In this document: positions 20,530 through 31,254 of the stretch, piece by piece | Numbering within the stretch: position 1 is the first letter of the stretch | How the letters are laid out: each line of letters begins with the position of its first letter | NCBI GenBank assembly: GCA_964639185.1 | Contig: CAZXCN010000004.1 | Span: 174 to 64,173, forward strand | Source of the DNA: an uncultured Candidatus Saccharibacteria bacterium | Lineage (GTDB): Bacteria > Patescibacteriota > Minisyncoccia > Phycocordibacterales > UBA9973 | Direction of reading: 5' to 3' | Length of the DNA stretch: 64,000 nucleotides | Notes under the pieces: model-generated | What the model was told of the DNA's origin: nothing | Database searches by the model: none | What the model saw: the letters and a program-made list of their open reading frames with translations, nothing else | Made by a program: the position numbers and the translations under genes

Positions 20530-20997
20530 TTATTCTAACACAAGAGCGTCAATATCCTTATCGATAGTCTCCTCATCGATAGGCTCTGCTAGCTTTGCTT
20601 CAGCTGCTGCAGAAGGACGACGCTTTGAAGCATCTTTTGTGTAAGTACGCTTTGTAGACATTGTACTTTCGCGAACAGTCTTGATCATAAGATATCTTAT
20701 TACAGATTCGTTCTTATCAAGATTTGCTTTTACTGTCAAAGCATTCTCAGTTGGAAGTTCAAATTTTACCCAGCCAAAATAGCCTGTAGTAAATTTATTC
20801 TTCTTGTTTGCAATGTTACGTGACATCTCATATGCAAGTTCCATCATCTTTGGATACTCATCTGAAATGAATTGTGCACCATTAAGAGATAGCATATCCT
20901 TTAAAGATGTAACTTCACCCCCAACATTTTCTTCCGCAATAGTAGGTACCAATAGGTAGCCGACTTCATATACGGTCATTTTTGATTCTTTTTCCAT
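20530..20997 (-). CDS. rpsF: 30S ribosomal protein S6
   Basis: YEVGYLL, LAYE, GYF and VIRYLM; rpsF-ssb-rpsR synteny. Confidence 0.9.
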   Translation of the reverse strand: MEKESKMTVYEVGYLLVPTIAEENVGGEVTSLKDMLSLNGAQFISDEYPKMMELAYEMSRNIANKKNKFTTGYFGWVKFELPTENALTVKANLDKNESVIRYLMIKTVRESTMSTKRTYTKDASKRRPSAAAEAKLAEPIDEETIDKDIDALVLE

Positions 20998-21113
20998 AAA
21001 AATACGTTAATTTTAATTTTAATAATACTTCTCGCTACGGACCTAAGTGATACGCTTTCAGTAGCGCATCAAACGAGACTTGGTTATATTAGCAGAAATA
21101 AGCCATTTTGTCT
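20998..21113 (-). promoter_or_regulatory. rpsF promoter and structured leader (candidate S6:S18 autoregulatory RNA)
   Basis: TAGACA...TGcTAATAT; TCTCG/CGAGA outer stem, GATGCGCT/AGCGTATC inner stem and unpaired CCG. Confidence 0.45.
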
Positions 21114-21942
21114 ACATGTTAAAAGTCTTTATAATTTTGCTTTTTATTTGATCTATATCATCTTCTTGCTTTTGGGCACTATTACTTTTGTATAAATCAG
21201 AATGATAAACTTTCAAAGCTTCATCTAAAGTTTCTGGAATCTTTATCGTTTTATTTACGTCACTCCTATTCTCAAAAGTTTTTAAGTCAAAGTGTACAGA
21301 TTTCCATATTTTTTCTGCCATATTTTTGTCGGGCAAGGCATTAATTTTTTCTAAAAATAAATGCCTATATTTTTCAATACCAGTCCCAACACGTGCATGG
21401 AACATACCAGCAATCGCAGGACCAATATGAGCGATTTTAGGTTCTTTCTTTATTAAAGAATTTTTTTCCTCATCAGACATTTCAGAATTATATTTTGACT
21501 CAACCATCTTTTTATACTCTTCATGCATTTTCTCAAACTCAATAAAATAGTCAATTGAATTTTCCAAAATCTCATCACTTAAAACCTTCGTTCGTAAATC
21601 ATGATAATATTTTTCAAAATCATCCTCAGAAAGATTTAGCTTATTTTTAAACTTAGATAAATATAGTGATTCTAGTAGTTGCGAGTTGTCTATCCATATA
21701 TCTTTTGGTATTTTTTCTTCGTCAATATAAATAAATGCATCTATGTCACTATCAATATTAGCTTGTTCCCCTTTTATCATTGACCCATACACAGTAGCAC
21801 CAAGAGCTTCAGGGTGTTCTTTTTGAAATCCCTTAACTGTATTACGAAAGTTATCTAGCCTTGCATGAGCAATACTTTCAGTAGCAGGTAAAAATCTTGG
21901 TTCTTGCCCTTTATTTATTTTATCTATAATTTGCTCGTTCAT
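21112..21942 (-). CDS. Pol-beta superfamily nucleotidyltransferase domain protein
   Basis: VYGSMIKG...SDIDAF (GS..DxD) motif. Confidence 0.65.
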   Translation of the reverse strand: MNEQIIDKINKGQEPRFLPATESIAHARLDNFRNTVKGFQKEHPEALGATVYGSMIKGEQANIDSDIDAFIYIDEEKIPKDIWIDNSQLLESLYLSKFKNKLNLSEDDFEKYYHDLRTKVLSDEILENSIDYFIEFEKMHEEYKKMVESKYNSEMSDEEKNSLIKKEPKIAHIGPAIAGMFHARVGTGIEKYRHLFLEKINALPDKNMAEKIWKSVHFDLKTFENRSDVNKTIKIPETLDEALKVYHSDLYKSNSAQKQEDDIDQIKSKIIKTFNM

Positions 21943-21944
21943 AT

Positions 21945-22784
21945 TTATATATTAAACACCCTTTTGGCATTTACTACAAGCTGGCTCGCTACTTCTTCAA
22001 CTAGCAGACCTTTGATTTCAGCGATTTTTTTGACTACTTCTATCACGTATACCGGCTCATTGCGCTTGCCCCTGTATGGCACTGGTGTGATGTATGGCGA
22101 ATCAGTTTCCGACATTATCATATCAAGTGGTGTGGCGCGAACAACCTCATCATAATCATGAGTAAATGTAATCACACCTGTAAAAGAAAGGGTAAAACCA
22201 AAATCAACAAACCCTTTTGCATCCTCAAGTGTACCAGCAAAGAAGTGCACGTCCCCCTTCACCTTTGCATGTTCTTTTAATATTTCCAATGCATCACTAT
22301 AAGCATTCAATTCTTTACTTTCAGGATTATTTCTAATGTGTAGCATCAAAGGCTTGTTAAATTCATTTGCGAGATTTATCTGCTCAATAAATGCTTCTTT
22401 CTGTTTTGCAATTGTCTCCTCGGTGCATCGATAATAATCAAGTCCGCATTCCCCTATTGCTACAACTTTTGGATCTACAATTAATTTTTTGTATTCTTCA
22501 TAATCAAAAACTTCACCACGACTTGTAAATGCTTTGCCTTCTTCGCCTAGCTCTTTTGTATCATGAAATGAAGCGCCTGTATGTATCGGGTGTAATCCGA
22601 TAATTGCATATACCCCGTCATATTTATTTGCCATCTCTACTGCAAAGCGTGATGTATCTATCTGTGTACCAACATTGATCACGGCAACACCTGCATCAAG
22701 AGCTCGCTCAATAACGGCATCCCGATCTTCATCAAATGCCTTGAAATTCACATGTGAATGTATGTCTATATATTTAAAGTCCAT
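21945..22784 (-). CDS. tatD: TatD family DNase
   Basis: DIHSH, GLHP, AIGECGLDY and ETDSPY motifs. Confidence 0.95.
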   Translation of the reverse strand: MDFKYIDIHSHVNFKAFDEDRDAVIERALDAGVAVINVGTQIDTSRFAVEMANKYDGVYAIIGLHPIHTGASFHDTKELGEEGKAFTSRGEVFDYEEYKKLIVDPKVVAIGECGLDYYRCTEETIAKQKEAFIEQINLANEFNKPLMLHIRNNPESKELNAYSDALEILKEHAKVKGDVHFFAGTLEDAKGFVDFGFTLSFTGVITFTHDYDEVVRATPLDMIMSETDSPYITPVPYRGKRNEPVYVIEVVKKIAEIKGLLVEEVASQLVVNAKRVFNI

Positions 22785-22785
22785 G

Positions 22786-23253
22786 TTAATTTTTAATCAC
22801 GAAATCAACATATTTATAAAATTGGGCTTCTGGGTTTATTTCTTTTAATTTTTCTGATGTTATATAACATACAGGGCTCTCATGAGCATACTTATGACTA
22901 AAACCATGATACTTCCCATTTATATCATAAACACCATTAGGACTAACGTATTTTCCATCAACTTGTTTACAAATAATAGGACCATTTATATAGTCAAGAA
23001 GAATAATTATAGCGTACATGCTGAAAAAAAGAATAAAGCACATTTTAATCCAGACCTTTCTGGGAAATAATCGACGAATAAGAAAAATAATAAGTGTTAT
23101 TCCTAAAAATGAAAAAAGCAGCCAGTAACCATAATCTATGCGAGATGGAGCTCCAAATACTGACTCATGCACAAGAATATATATACCTGTTGGAAGAATT
23201 GCAATAAAAGCACTATATAAAAAATCTTTTATTATTGGAATTATCTTTTGCAT
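22786..23253 (-). CDS. Hypothetical 3-TM membrane protein
   Basis: Three hydrophobic segments and a soluble tail; AT-rich. Confidence 0.6.
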   Translation of the reverse strand: MQKIIPIIKDFLYSAFIAILPTGIYILVHESVFGAPSRIDYGYWLLFSFLGITLIIFLIRRLFPRKVWIKMCFILFFSMYAIIILLDYINGPIICKQVDGKYVSPNGVYDINGKYHGFSHKYAHESPVCYITSEKLKEINPEAQFYKYVDFVIKN

Positions 23254-23270
23254 ACTTTTTATATTAATAA

Positions 23271-24713
23271 TTAATCTTTCCTCAAAAATAACGGTTGCTC
23301 GGGTTTTTTGTTTTCTTTTATTAACTGTTTTAGTTTTGCATTAGTCTCGGGCATTATTGGGTTGAGCATTCTTGCTATGGTATACAATTCAACCATCATT
23401 TCTGATATTAATTCTTTCCCCTTTTCTAAATCTACCTTTACCACTTTGAATGGCTCTGTTGTTTGGATTTTTTTATCCAAATCTTGGATTTTATCCCAAA
23501 TAAAATCTGTAGCTTTTTTAATATCAAAACTTTCTAAATAAGTAAAAAATTCTTGAGGGATTGAATTCTCTGGAACCTCAGGACAGCCATCTAAATATTT
23601 TTCGGAAAGTGTAAGCAATCGTGAAGAAAGGTTTCCAAGCCCATTTGCAAGACCCGAATTATAAGCATCTTTGAATCTGTCTATTGTGAATGGGCTATCT
23701 TCAAAATTACTGATCTCGCGCAGTAGGAAGTAACGCAATGCATCAGTGCCATATTCGGCCACCACATCACGAGGGTCTACAACATTACCCAGAGTCTTAC
23801 TCATCTTCAGGCCTCCATCGGCCGTAATAAAGCCGTTTACCACTATCTGGTGACTGTTTGGTACATCTGCTGCCATGAGCATAGCTTGCCACATAGCGCT
23901 CTGAAATCGAGTATTATCCTTGCCACAATATTGTGTAGGGTTACCATTGGCCCAGTATTTATCAAAATCTCCTTCTGTTTTAGGCCATCCTAAAGTCGAT
24001 ATATAGTTGGTCAGTGCGTCGAACCATACATACATCACCTGCTCCTCATCGCCCGGCACGGGTATTCCCCAAGGCATTTTTGATTTGAGGCGTGATATAG
24101 AGAAATCTTGCAAGCCATTCGTTACAAAAGTTTTTATTTCATTGAATCTAAATTCAGGGATGACAAAATCAGGATTCTTTTCATAAAATTGCAAAAGCTT
24201 TTCACTAAATGCAGAATATTTAAAAAAGTAATTTTCTTCATTTATCACCTCGAGCTTCCTACCAATATGATCTGGGCATTCACTATTCTCATCTAACTCA
24301 GAATCAGTCTTCTCGCTCTCACACCCTACACAATATTTAGTTTCGTAATTCTTCTTATATATATAGCCATTGTCTTGAACCCGCTTCCACAATTCCTGCG
24401 CAGCCTCTTCATGATTTTTATCAGTAGTACGAATAAAATGAACTTCATCAGTAACTCCAAACATTGCTAATTGTTGCTTAAATACTTCAAAGCCACGGTC
24501 CACGAAATCTTGGGCACTTATACCCTGCTCTTGCGCTTTTTCGTATATTTTTACTCCATGCTCGTCGGTACCTGTATTGAAATACACATCAAAACCTACC
24601 AGCTTTTTATAGCGAGCAATAGTATCAGCACGTACAAATTCAAGAGCATGCCCCATATGAAGTGGTGCATTTACATAAGGAAGCGTTGTTGTAATATAAA
24701 ATGTCTTATTCAT
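23271..24713 (-). CDS. metG: Methionine--tRNA ligase (short form)
   Basis: YITTTLPYVN..LHMGH, YVWFDAL and KMSKT; start moved to MNKTF. Confidence 0.96.
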   Translation of the reverse strand: MNKTFYITTTLPYVNAPLHMGHALEFVRADTIARYKKLVGFDVYFNTGTDEHGVKIYEKAQEQGISAQDFVDRGFEVFKQQLAMFGVTDEVHFIRTTDKNHEEAAQELWKRVQDNGYIYKKNYETKYCVGCESEKTDSELDENSECPDHIGRKLEVINEENYFFKYSAFSEKLLQFYEKNPDFVIPEFRFNEIKTFVTNGLQDFSISRLKSKMPWGIPVPGDEEQVMYVWFDALTNYISTLGWPKTEGDFDKYWANGNPTQYCGKDNTRFQSAMWQAMLMAADVPNSHQIVVNGFITADGGLKMSKTLGNVVDPRDVVAEYGTDALRYFLLREISNFEDSPFTIDRFKDAYNSGLANGLGNLSSRLLTLSEKYLDGCPEVPENSIPQEFFTYLESFDIKKATDFIWDKIQDLDKKIQTTEPFKVVKVDLEKGKELISEMMVELYTIARMLNPIMPETNAKLKQLIKENKKPEQPLFLRKD

Positions 24714-24714
24714 G

Positions 24715-25782
24715 TTATCCTGCTCTGGAAAGAATTTTCTTTTTTTCCAGATCATCAGTAAATTCCAAAATCAATACAGCTATAGGTATAGAAAGTATTA
24801 CCCCCCAGAATCCCCCTAATTCAAAACCAATAATAACTGACAAAATAACGATCAACGGTGATATGCCTATTACTTTTTTTACTATTAATGGATATATCAA
24901 ATATGTTTCGAATTGGTGAAGTATTACATACAACCCAAAAGTCATCAATGATAAAGTTACTCCACCATCAATGTAGCTAAATAATACAGCTGGTATTATT
25001 GCAATCAATATTCCAAAAGGTATCAATTCAGTAAAGGCTGTAATTAATGCCAAAACAAAAGCATATTTTACCCCCAGTATTGTTAGCCCGAGATATGTAA
25101 GTGTACCTATTATCAACCCTAGCAACATTTGCCCCTGAATCCATAGACCAATCTTGCGTTCAGTTCTCTGCCACAGACCTATAATATAATCTTCGTGTAC
25201 AGCCGGAGTAATTATTTTAAGAAAATTTTCTATACCTTTTTCTTTTATAGAAAGATAAAAAGAGATTATAATTATCAAAACCATATTAAATACTCCACCA
25301 AAAGCCGTACCAAATATATCAAAAAATCCTCCTGACAAGCTTCCCATTAAATTTTGTGTACTTCGAATCACATCTGTTAGTGAGCCCTTACCAGACAGAC
25401 TCTTTACAACATCTTTTGCAGCATTAGTTGTGTCTGGTTCAAATGTAGAAAAAACACTTGTATTTGGAATATAATTACCAAGCTGGGAAACAAGTGCTGC
25501 CATTTCTTCAATAAAAACTGGTACAAAAACAGAAAATAATCCTATTATAATTCCAAATGATGCAAAATATATTATAAAGACAGAGAGAGTTCGATTTTTT
25601 ATGTATTTCTTGAATTTACTAACAGCAGATGTCACAAATGAAGCAGCAACAATAGACGTAAGTATCACGAGAATCAGGTTTGTAAGCTTAATTAAAGCTA
25701 TTACCAAAAACCCAAAAACTATAACCTTTATAATAGACCCTGTAGAAATATTTACTGATATATTTTTATTATTTTCTGACAT
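24715..25782 (-). CDS. AI-2E family transporter
   Basis: Multi-TM; WIQGQ, ELIPFG and GFWGVILSIP motifs. Confidence 0.88.
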   Translation of the reverse strand: MSENNKNISVNISTGSIIKVIVFGFLVIALIKLTNLILVILTSIVAASFVTSAVSKFKKYIKNRTLSVFIIYFASFGIIIGLFSVFVPVFIEEMAALVSQLGNYIPNTSVFSTFEPDTTNAAKDVVKSLSGKGSLTDVIRSTQNLMGSLSGGFFDIFGTAFGGVFNMVLIIIISFYLSIKEKGIENFLKIITPAVHEDYIIGLWQRTERKIGLWIQGQMLLGLIIGTLTYLGLTILGVKYAFVLALITAFTELIPFGILIAIIPAVLFSYIDGGVTLSLMTFGLYVILHQFETYLIYPLIVKKVIGISPLIVILSVIIGFELGGFWGVILSIPIAVLILEFTDDLEKKKILSRAG

Positions 25783-25806
25783 ATATCTAAATAATAGCAC
25801 AATATA

Positions 25807-27078
25807 TTAAAATTTCAGCAATTTTATAAATTTGGCCTTATCTTGAAATGGGCCTATTAGACTCAAGTTTAAATGCTTTTCTTTAAAGATTATTTGGGCT
25901 AATTTCTTTATATCAGAAGATTTTATAGCATTTATTATCTTTGCTCTCTCTTGTATTGTCTTCATCTCGCCTTTCAATATCTCCTGACGGCCAAAATATG
26001 TGGCGATATCATCAGTAGCCTCTAGAGCCAATTTAGTATTGCCGATTATTAGCGACTTTACTTTATCGAGCTCTTTCTTTGGCACATCCTCGGTACACAG
26101 CCTGCTACACTCCTTTAATATTTCTTTTAACACTTCTTCAACTCTATCGTTAGAAACTCCGGCCGATATCTTGAACACTCCATGATCAAGGCTTGCGTCA
26201 TTGTAAGCATTTACATAATATGCCACACCCATCTCTTCACGAAGCTTGATAAAAAGTCGTGAACTCATTCCAGCACCCAATACAGCACCCAATACAGCAA
26301 GAGTTGTATTACGTTTATCAAAAATATCGAAACTCCTTACCCCAAGCACAAAGTGTGTCTGATCAGTAACTTTATGCTTGATCATAACTTCGGGCTTTAA
26401 CTGAATATCTTTTGTTTTAACTTTCTTTGATTGCTTCTTTGTTGGTATATCACGGAAATACTTTTTGGCTTCACCTAATACATCTTTACTATTCACATTA
26501 CCAACTACAACTATAGTCGTAGATCCAGACACATAATGTGCATTCTTGTACTTTACAAAGTCTTCCCTATTTAGACTCTTTACTATCTCGTGAGTACCAG
26601 CAATATTGCGCCCTGCTGGCTGGTCAGCGTACAGAAGCTCGTCGAACAAGTCATGCACATGGCGGTGTGGCATATCCTCGTACATATTGATCTCTTCCAC
26701 TATTACACCCTTCTCCTTATCAATTTCTGTTTGTGGAAATGTCGAGTTAAGATAAATATCGGAAATTATTTCAAAAATCTTTTTGAAATGTTTACTATCG
26801 CTTTTGGCATAGTATCCTGTCATCTCATGGTCAGTAAATGCATTGTATACAGAACCAAGTGAATCTAACTCGTGCGATATACTCTGTGGTGTAGGCCTCT
26901 TGCTAGTTCCTTTGAAGCACATATGCTCTAGGAAGTGTGATATACCATTTACATTCTTGTCCTCATAGTCGCTACCAGTACCTACCAATACAAGTACTGT
27001 CACTGTTGGGTTATCCTTCATAGGCACAGTCACTACCCGTAACCCATTATTAAATGTTGTCTTCTTTGGCTTTTGCAT
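25807..27078 (-). CDS. M16 family zinc peptidase
   Basis: GISHFLEHMCFKG (HxxEH) and SSRLFIKLREE. Confidence 0.95.
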   Translation of the reverse strand: MQKPKKTTFNNGLRVVTVPMKDNPTVTVLVLVGTGSDYEDKNVNGISHFLEHMCFKGTSKRPTPQSISHELDSLGSVYNAFTDHEMTGYYAKSDSKHFKKIFEIISDIYLNSTFPQTEIDKEKGVIVEEINMYEDMPHRHVHDLFDELLYADQPAGRNIAGTHEIVKSLNREDFVKYKNAHYVSGSTTIVVVGNVNSKDVLGEAKKYFRDIPTKKQSKKVKTKDIQLKPEVMIKHKVTDQTHFVLGVRSFDIFDKRNTTLAVLGAVLGAGMSSRLFIKLREEMGVAYYVNAYNDASLDHGVFKISAGVSNDRVEEVLKEILKECSRLCTEDVPKKELDKVKSLIIGNTKLALEATDDIATYFGRQEILKGEMKTIQERAKIINAIKSSDIKKLAQIIFKEKHLNLSLIGPFQDKAKFIKLLKF

Positions 27079-27080
27079 AA

Positions 27081-27539
27081 TTAATTTACTTTACAATTTA
27101 TAACTTTTTGACCCTCTTCAACAAAACTAATCTCTCCATTAAAAAGCTTATTCTCTATTACATATTTTATCCATTGGTCGTCCCCTGCCCACATTTCTGT
27201 ATAAGGTATCTTATCATAATCAAACCATTCGGGCTTCATCTCCTCTGTTTCTTCTGGTTCACCATTAAATTCATCTATTCTATAGACTACAACCCTTTGA
27301 TCCCATTCCTTTTTATCAGTAAAAAAGAAAACCATATCCCCCAACTTTTTTAATGAATCTTTTTTTATATCCAACCCACTTTCTTCTTTTATTTCTCTTA
27401 TCAATCCATCTTCTGTATTTTCCCCTTCCAATAATTTACCCCCATATCCGTTCCACTTACCTATACCAAAACCTCGCTTCTTCATAGCAAGAAGAATTTT
27501 GTCATTTCTAAACAAAAATCCAAGAGTAAGTGTTGGCAT
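27081..27539 (-). CDS. NUDIX 8-oxo-dGTP diphosphatase (MTH1-like)
   Basis: KKRGFGIGKWNGYGGK, REIKEESG and EEMKPEWF. Confidence 0.9.
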   Translation of the reverse strand: MPTLTLGFLFRNDKILLAMKKRGFGIGKWNGYGGKLLEGENTEDGLIREIKEESGLDIKKDSLKKLGDMVFFFTDKKEWDQRVVVYRIDEFNGEPEETEEMKPEWFDYDKIPYTEMWAGDDQWIKYVIENKLFNGEISFVEEGQKVINCKVN

Positions 27540-27547
27540 AAAATATT

Positions 27548-27964
27548 TTAAATTACTTCTACAAAAACAATTTTTGCAACGGTGTCGCCTGCTTTTAGTG
27601 TAATAGGTTGAGTATTGTGATTCACTATTTCAAGAGTTATTTCATTATCAGTTTTTGGATGACAAAACGAGGAACTCTGGGCTACATCTAAACCTTTTCT
27701 TGCTAAAGAACTTGTAGTAAAGACAAGAGCGGCAATATCAGGAGATAGTGTTATCTTTTCTTGTGTTCTTCCTAGTAAAAAACTCCCAGATGGAATAACT
27801 TTACCAAAAGAAGAAACTGGCTCCCATTTCTGACTTACCTCATCAAAAATAGAACCTATTTTTAAATCATAACTAGCTTCTTCTAACAAATTCAAGTCAA
27901 AAGGATTAATTAAAATTAGTTTTTCTTCAATCTTTTTTAAAATTGTTTGTTTTGAAAAAATCAT
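27548..27964 (-). CDS. Short divergent dCTP deaminase/dUTPase-fold protein
   Basis: ASYDL, SSLARKGL and ITLEIVN motifs; RSS and DPG motifs altered. Confidence 0.7.
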   Translation of the reverse strand: MIFSKQTILKKIEEKLILINPFDLNLLEEASYDLKIGSIFDEVSQKWEPVSSFGKVIPSGSFLLGRTQEKITLSPDIAALVFTTSSLARKGLDVAQSSSFCHPKTDNEITLEIVNHNTQPITLKAGDTVAKIVFVEVI

Positions 27965-29295
27965 TATGAAAGTTTTTCTTTTATATGTTCTACAAGTTCA
28001 GATATAGCGATGCGTTCTTGGGTGCCAGTATCTCGGTCGCGGATTGTAACAGTATCAATCAAGTCTGGGTTCTCGCCCAATGTGTCAAAGTCTATAACTA
28101 TACAGAATGGTGTACCTATCTCGTCTTGTCTGCGATACCTCTTACCTATGTTACCATTGTCATCCCACATTACACGGCCAAATTCGTCTTTCAAAGTTCG
28201 GTATACCTTGTGTGCATAATCACGCAACTCTTGCTTGTTCTTCAATAGTGGTGATACTGCGCATATAACAGGAGCCATGTTTGGCGCAAATGCTAAATAT
28301 GGTCGAACTTCGCCACCTTTTGTATCCTCTTTATATGCACTAGTAAGGAGAGCCAGAACTGTACGCTCGAGTCCAAATGAAGGCTCGATAACATGCGGGG
28401 TAAACCTCTCGCCGCTCTCTTCGTCGAAATATGTTAAGTCCTGTCCACTACCCTTTGCATGGCGAGATAGGTCAAAGGAAGCTCGATAAGCCAAACCATA
28501 CAATTCCTTCCTACCAAATGGAAATTCAAACTCAAAGTCGATAGTGCGGTCTGAATAATGAGCACGGTCACCATCAGCCACCTCGAGCTCATGAACATGG
28601 TTCATGTCTATACCAATAGACTCCATCCAAGACAACATCTCGGCGCGGAAATATTCGAAATATTTCTTCCACTCTTCCGGCTTTAGGAAATACTCGATCT
28701 CCATCTGCTCAAATTCACGAACACGAAATATAAAATCGCGAGGAGTTATTTCATTACGAAAAGCTTTACCTGTTTGGGCTAATCCAAATGGTAATTTTGG
28801 ATGTATAGAATCCATAACATTCTTGAAATTTACAAACATACCTTGGGCTGTTTCTGGGCGCAAATATACTGTAGAAGCCGAGTCAGCCACCGCACCTATT
28901 TGAGTAGCAAACATCATATTGAAATTCTTCTCTTCCCCTAATTTCCCTCCACATTCAGGACAGCCAGCTGTTGTATCTATCTGGTCTGCGCGGAAACGCT
29001 TCTTGCATTCAGTACACTCCACCATCGGGTCGGAAAAATTGTCGACATGTCCTGTTGACTGCCACACCTTTGCATTCATAAGTATTGCAGCATCTACCCC
29101 ATACATATCGTCACGAGATTCCACGAACTTCTTCCACCAAGAGTTCTTTATATTATTCTTCAGTGCTACACCTAGTGGGCCATAATCAAATGTACCTGCG
29201 AGTCCACCATATATTTCAGAACCTTGATATATAAATCCGCGACGCTTTGCAAGCGATGTTAACTTCTCCATTAAATTATTGTCTTTGTCTTCCAT
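27964..29295 (-). CDS. glyS: Glycine--tRNA ligase, alpha2 type
   Basis: YLRPETAQG, FRNEITPR..FRVREFEQMEIE and IEPSFG motifs. Confidence 0.96.
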   Translation of the reverse strand: MEDKDNNLMEKLTSLAKRRGFIYQGSEIYGGLAGTFDYGPLGVALKNNIKNSWWKKFVESRDDMYGVDAAILMNAKVWQSTGHVDNFSDPMVECTECKKRFRADQIDTTAGCPECGGKLGEEKNFNMMFATQIGAVADSASTVYLRPETAQGMFVNFKNVMDSIHPKLPFGLAQTGKAFRNEITPRDFIFRVREFEQMEIEYFLKPEEWKKYFEYFRAEMLSWMESIGIDMNHVHELEVADGDRAHYSDRTIDFEFEFPFGRKELYGLAYRASFDLSRHAKGSGQDLTYFDEESGERFTPHVIEPSFGLERTVLALLTSAYKEDTKGGEVRPYLAFAPNMAPVICAVSPLLKNKQELRDYAHKVYRTLKDEFGRVMWDDNGNIGKRYRRQDEIGTPFCIVIDFDTLGENPDLIDTVTIRDRDTGTQERIAISELVEHIKEKLS

Positions 29296-29320
29296 TTGTT
29301 TTAAAAATTATTTATCATAA

Positions 29321-31222
29321 TTACCTTACTACCTTCTCATCGTCAATCTTGAAAAAGGGGTCATTTTCCAAACGTGTACTAAGTGACTGTTTGACCGAAC
29401 GTAAACCGCTATTAGAAAATGAATCAATACCCGTTAGATTAACTTCCTTTATAATATTTGGCACAGTACCTACTTGAGAAACTGAGGGCTTTATTTTTAT
29501 ATTAAATGCCGCCTCTCTATTATTTGAGCCAAATCCTGTATTTGATCTTACTGTACCAATATTCCACACCACTTGTCGAGTCAAAGAGTCATATGTTACA
29601 ACTTCCTTGTTACCATTCGCTAAACCTACCCATTCAACATATACAGGTAATTCTGCACGAGCCTCAGCTTGAGTTACTGGATTTATAGAATTCGAAAGTG
29701 TCCAATATATTGTATAAGTTGTATCTTTTTCTGCTTTTGGAGGCAACTCACCTGAAGCATAATTTGCACGAGCAACAAGTTGGAAATCTGAAGCAATTCG
29801 AACTATCTTCTTTGCAAAATTATTTATTTCAGATACAGCTGAGCCTGATGTAGATTCACGTCCTTTTATACTAACTTCCAATATTATTTGCGGGTCACGA
29901 ATTGTTTGGTTAGAACCAATAACAGTCATTGGGGTGAATTCAAAATTTAGATACCCAGTAGAACCCGGTGCTAGATTTGCAAATTCTGAATTTGTATTTC
30001 TGTTCCATATGATTCGATTATTTGCAGAATCATAAAAGCCTTGCTCAGGAACCACTGTTTCTTTATCAAAAATATTACCACTAAATTGCATGCTAACTTC
30101 AGCATCCAAGATTGATGAAGGTAGATTATTGGCCCATACTATTTGCCCTCGAATCATCTTGCCTCCAGATGTAGAATAACTATCTAGATCTGCTCCATCG
30201 AGCAATATTGTAGCTTGCAAGAATGGCTTGTGTAATTCAACAGTATGCAACAATGAATTATATATAACATCAACAATTGATTTATTCATTCCTTTTGTTG
30301 TTCCTACATATACATGGAAAGCTTTTTCATCACCATCTTGGCCATTCAATGTGCCTTTGATTATTATTGATACTGGCTTACCTACTGCTAAATTATTTAA
30401 ATTCCAAACAGAATTACCAAATACAGGCTTCGGCAATGTCTCACTAGGCTTAAAACCATTTGGGTAACTCACTGACAGCATTGTATCGCCCTCAGGTAAT
30501 GTTGTGTTGAGAGTGGTGGTAATATTTAAAGTTATTTCCTGACCAGAACTTGTTTGTATTGGACCATCTATAGCCAAAGTTATCGGTGATGAACTGATTG
30601 TAACAGGATAAGATTTTTCTTTTGTAAAAATAGCATTTGAACCTTCAGGGTGATATTCAAGCTTCACTTTTACATTACGTATAGTATTCTGATCACCATA
30701 AAGTGTAACCTTTTGGGACTTTTCCACTCGGCCACCTGCTGGTATAGTACCTATTTCCTCCTTTGGCAAACGAATAATACTATCAGGTGAATCGACTTCT
30801 GAAGTAGATGCACCTTTTGGATATTCAATAACCATATTTGATAATTCAAGGGCTGCATTATTGTGATTTACTATTTCTATTTGTAGCGACAATTCTTCAC
30901 CACCCTGAGTAAATGCATTTCCTAAAATATTTATTTCTATATTGTCGCTGGACACTGTGCGAGTACCATTCATATACATATAGACTCCAAAAAATATTGC
31001 TCCAATGAAAAACAAAATAGCTCCAATGAAAAATTTCTTTGCTATTGATATATGAGTGTTTTTTAATACAGTATCTTCAGACTCCTTCCATGCATTTGGA
31101 ACATTGTGTGGTACAGCATGCAGGACCCCTTCTTTATGATGAGCCTCCGAAGAAAAACCTCTTTCGTATAATTTACGTTTAATATCTTCTATTCTGTGCA
31201 GTGGGTTCTTAGATTCTGCCAT
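29321..31222 (-). CDS. Single-TM protein with tandem extracellular Ig/DUF11-like domains
   Basis: One N-terminal TM segment followed by repeated beta-sandwich patterns (VWNL, IIWN, VVWNIG). Confidence 0.7.
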   Translation of the reverse strand: MAESKNPLHRIEDIKRKLYERGFSSEAHHKEGVLHAVPHNVPNAWKESEDTVLKNTHISIAKKFFIGAILFFIGAIFFGVYMYMNGTRTVSSDNIEINILGNAFTQGGEELSLQIEIVNHNNAALELSNMVIEYPKGASTSEVDSPDSIIRLPKEEIGTIPAGGRVEKSQKVTLYGDQNTIRNVKVKLEYHPEGSNAIFTKEKSYPVTISSSPITLAIDGPIQTSSGQEITLNITTTLNTTLPEGDTMLSVSYPNGFKPSETLPKPVFGNSVWNLNNLAVGKPVSIIIKGTLNGQDGDEKAFHVYVGTTKGMNKSIVDVIYNSLLHTVELHKPFLQATILLDGADLDSYSTSGGKMIRGQIVWANNLPSSILDAEVSMQFSGNIFDKETVVPEQGFYDSANNRIIWNRNTNSEFANLAPGSTGYLNFEFTPMTVIGSNQTIRDPQIILEVSIKGRESTSGSAVSEINNFAKKIVRIASDFQLVARANYASGELPPKAEKDTTYTIYWTLSNSINPVTQAEARAELPVYVEWVGLANGNKEVVTYDSLTRQVVWNIGTVRSNTGFGSNNREAAFNIKIKPSVSQVGTVPNIIKEVNLTGIDSFSNSGLRSVKQSLSTRLENDPFFKIDDEKVVR

Positions 31223-31254
31223 AGGCTATATTATAACATATAAGGTCGCTTATT

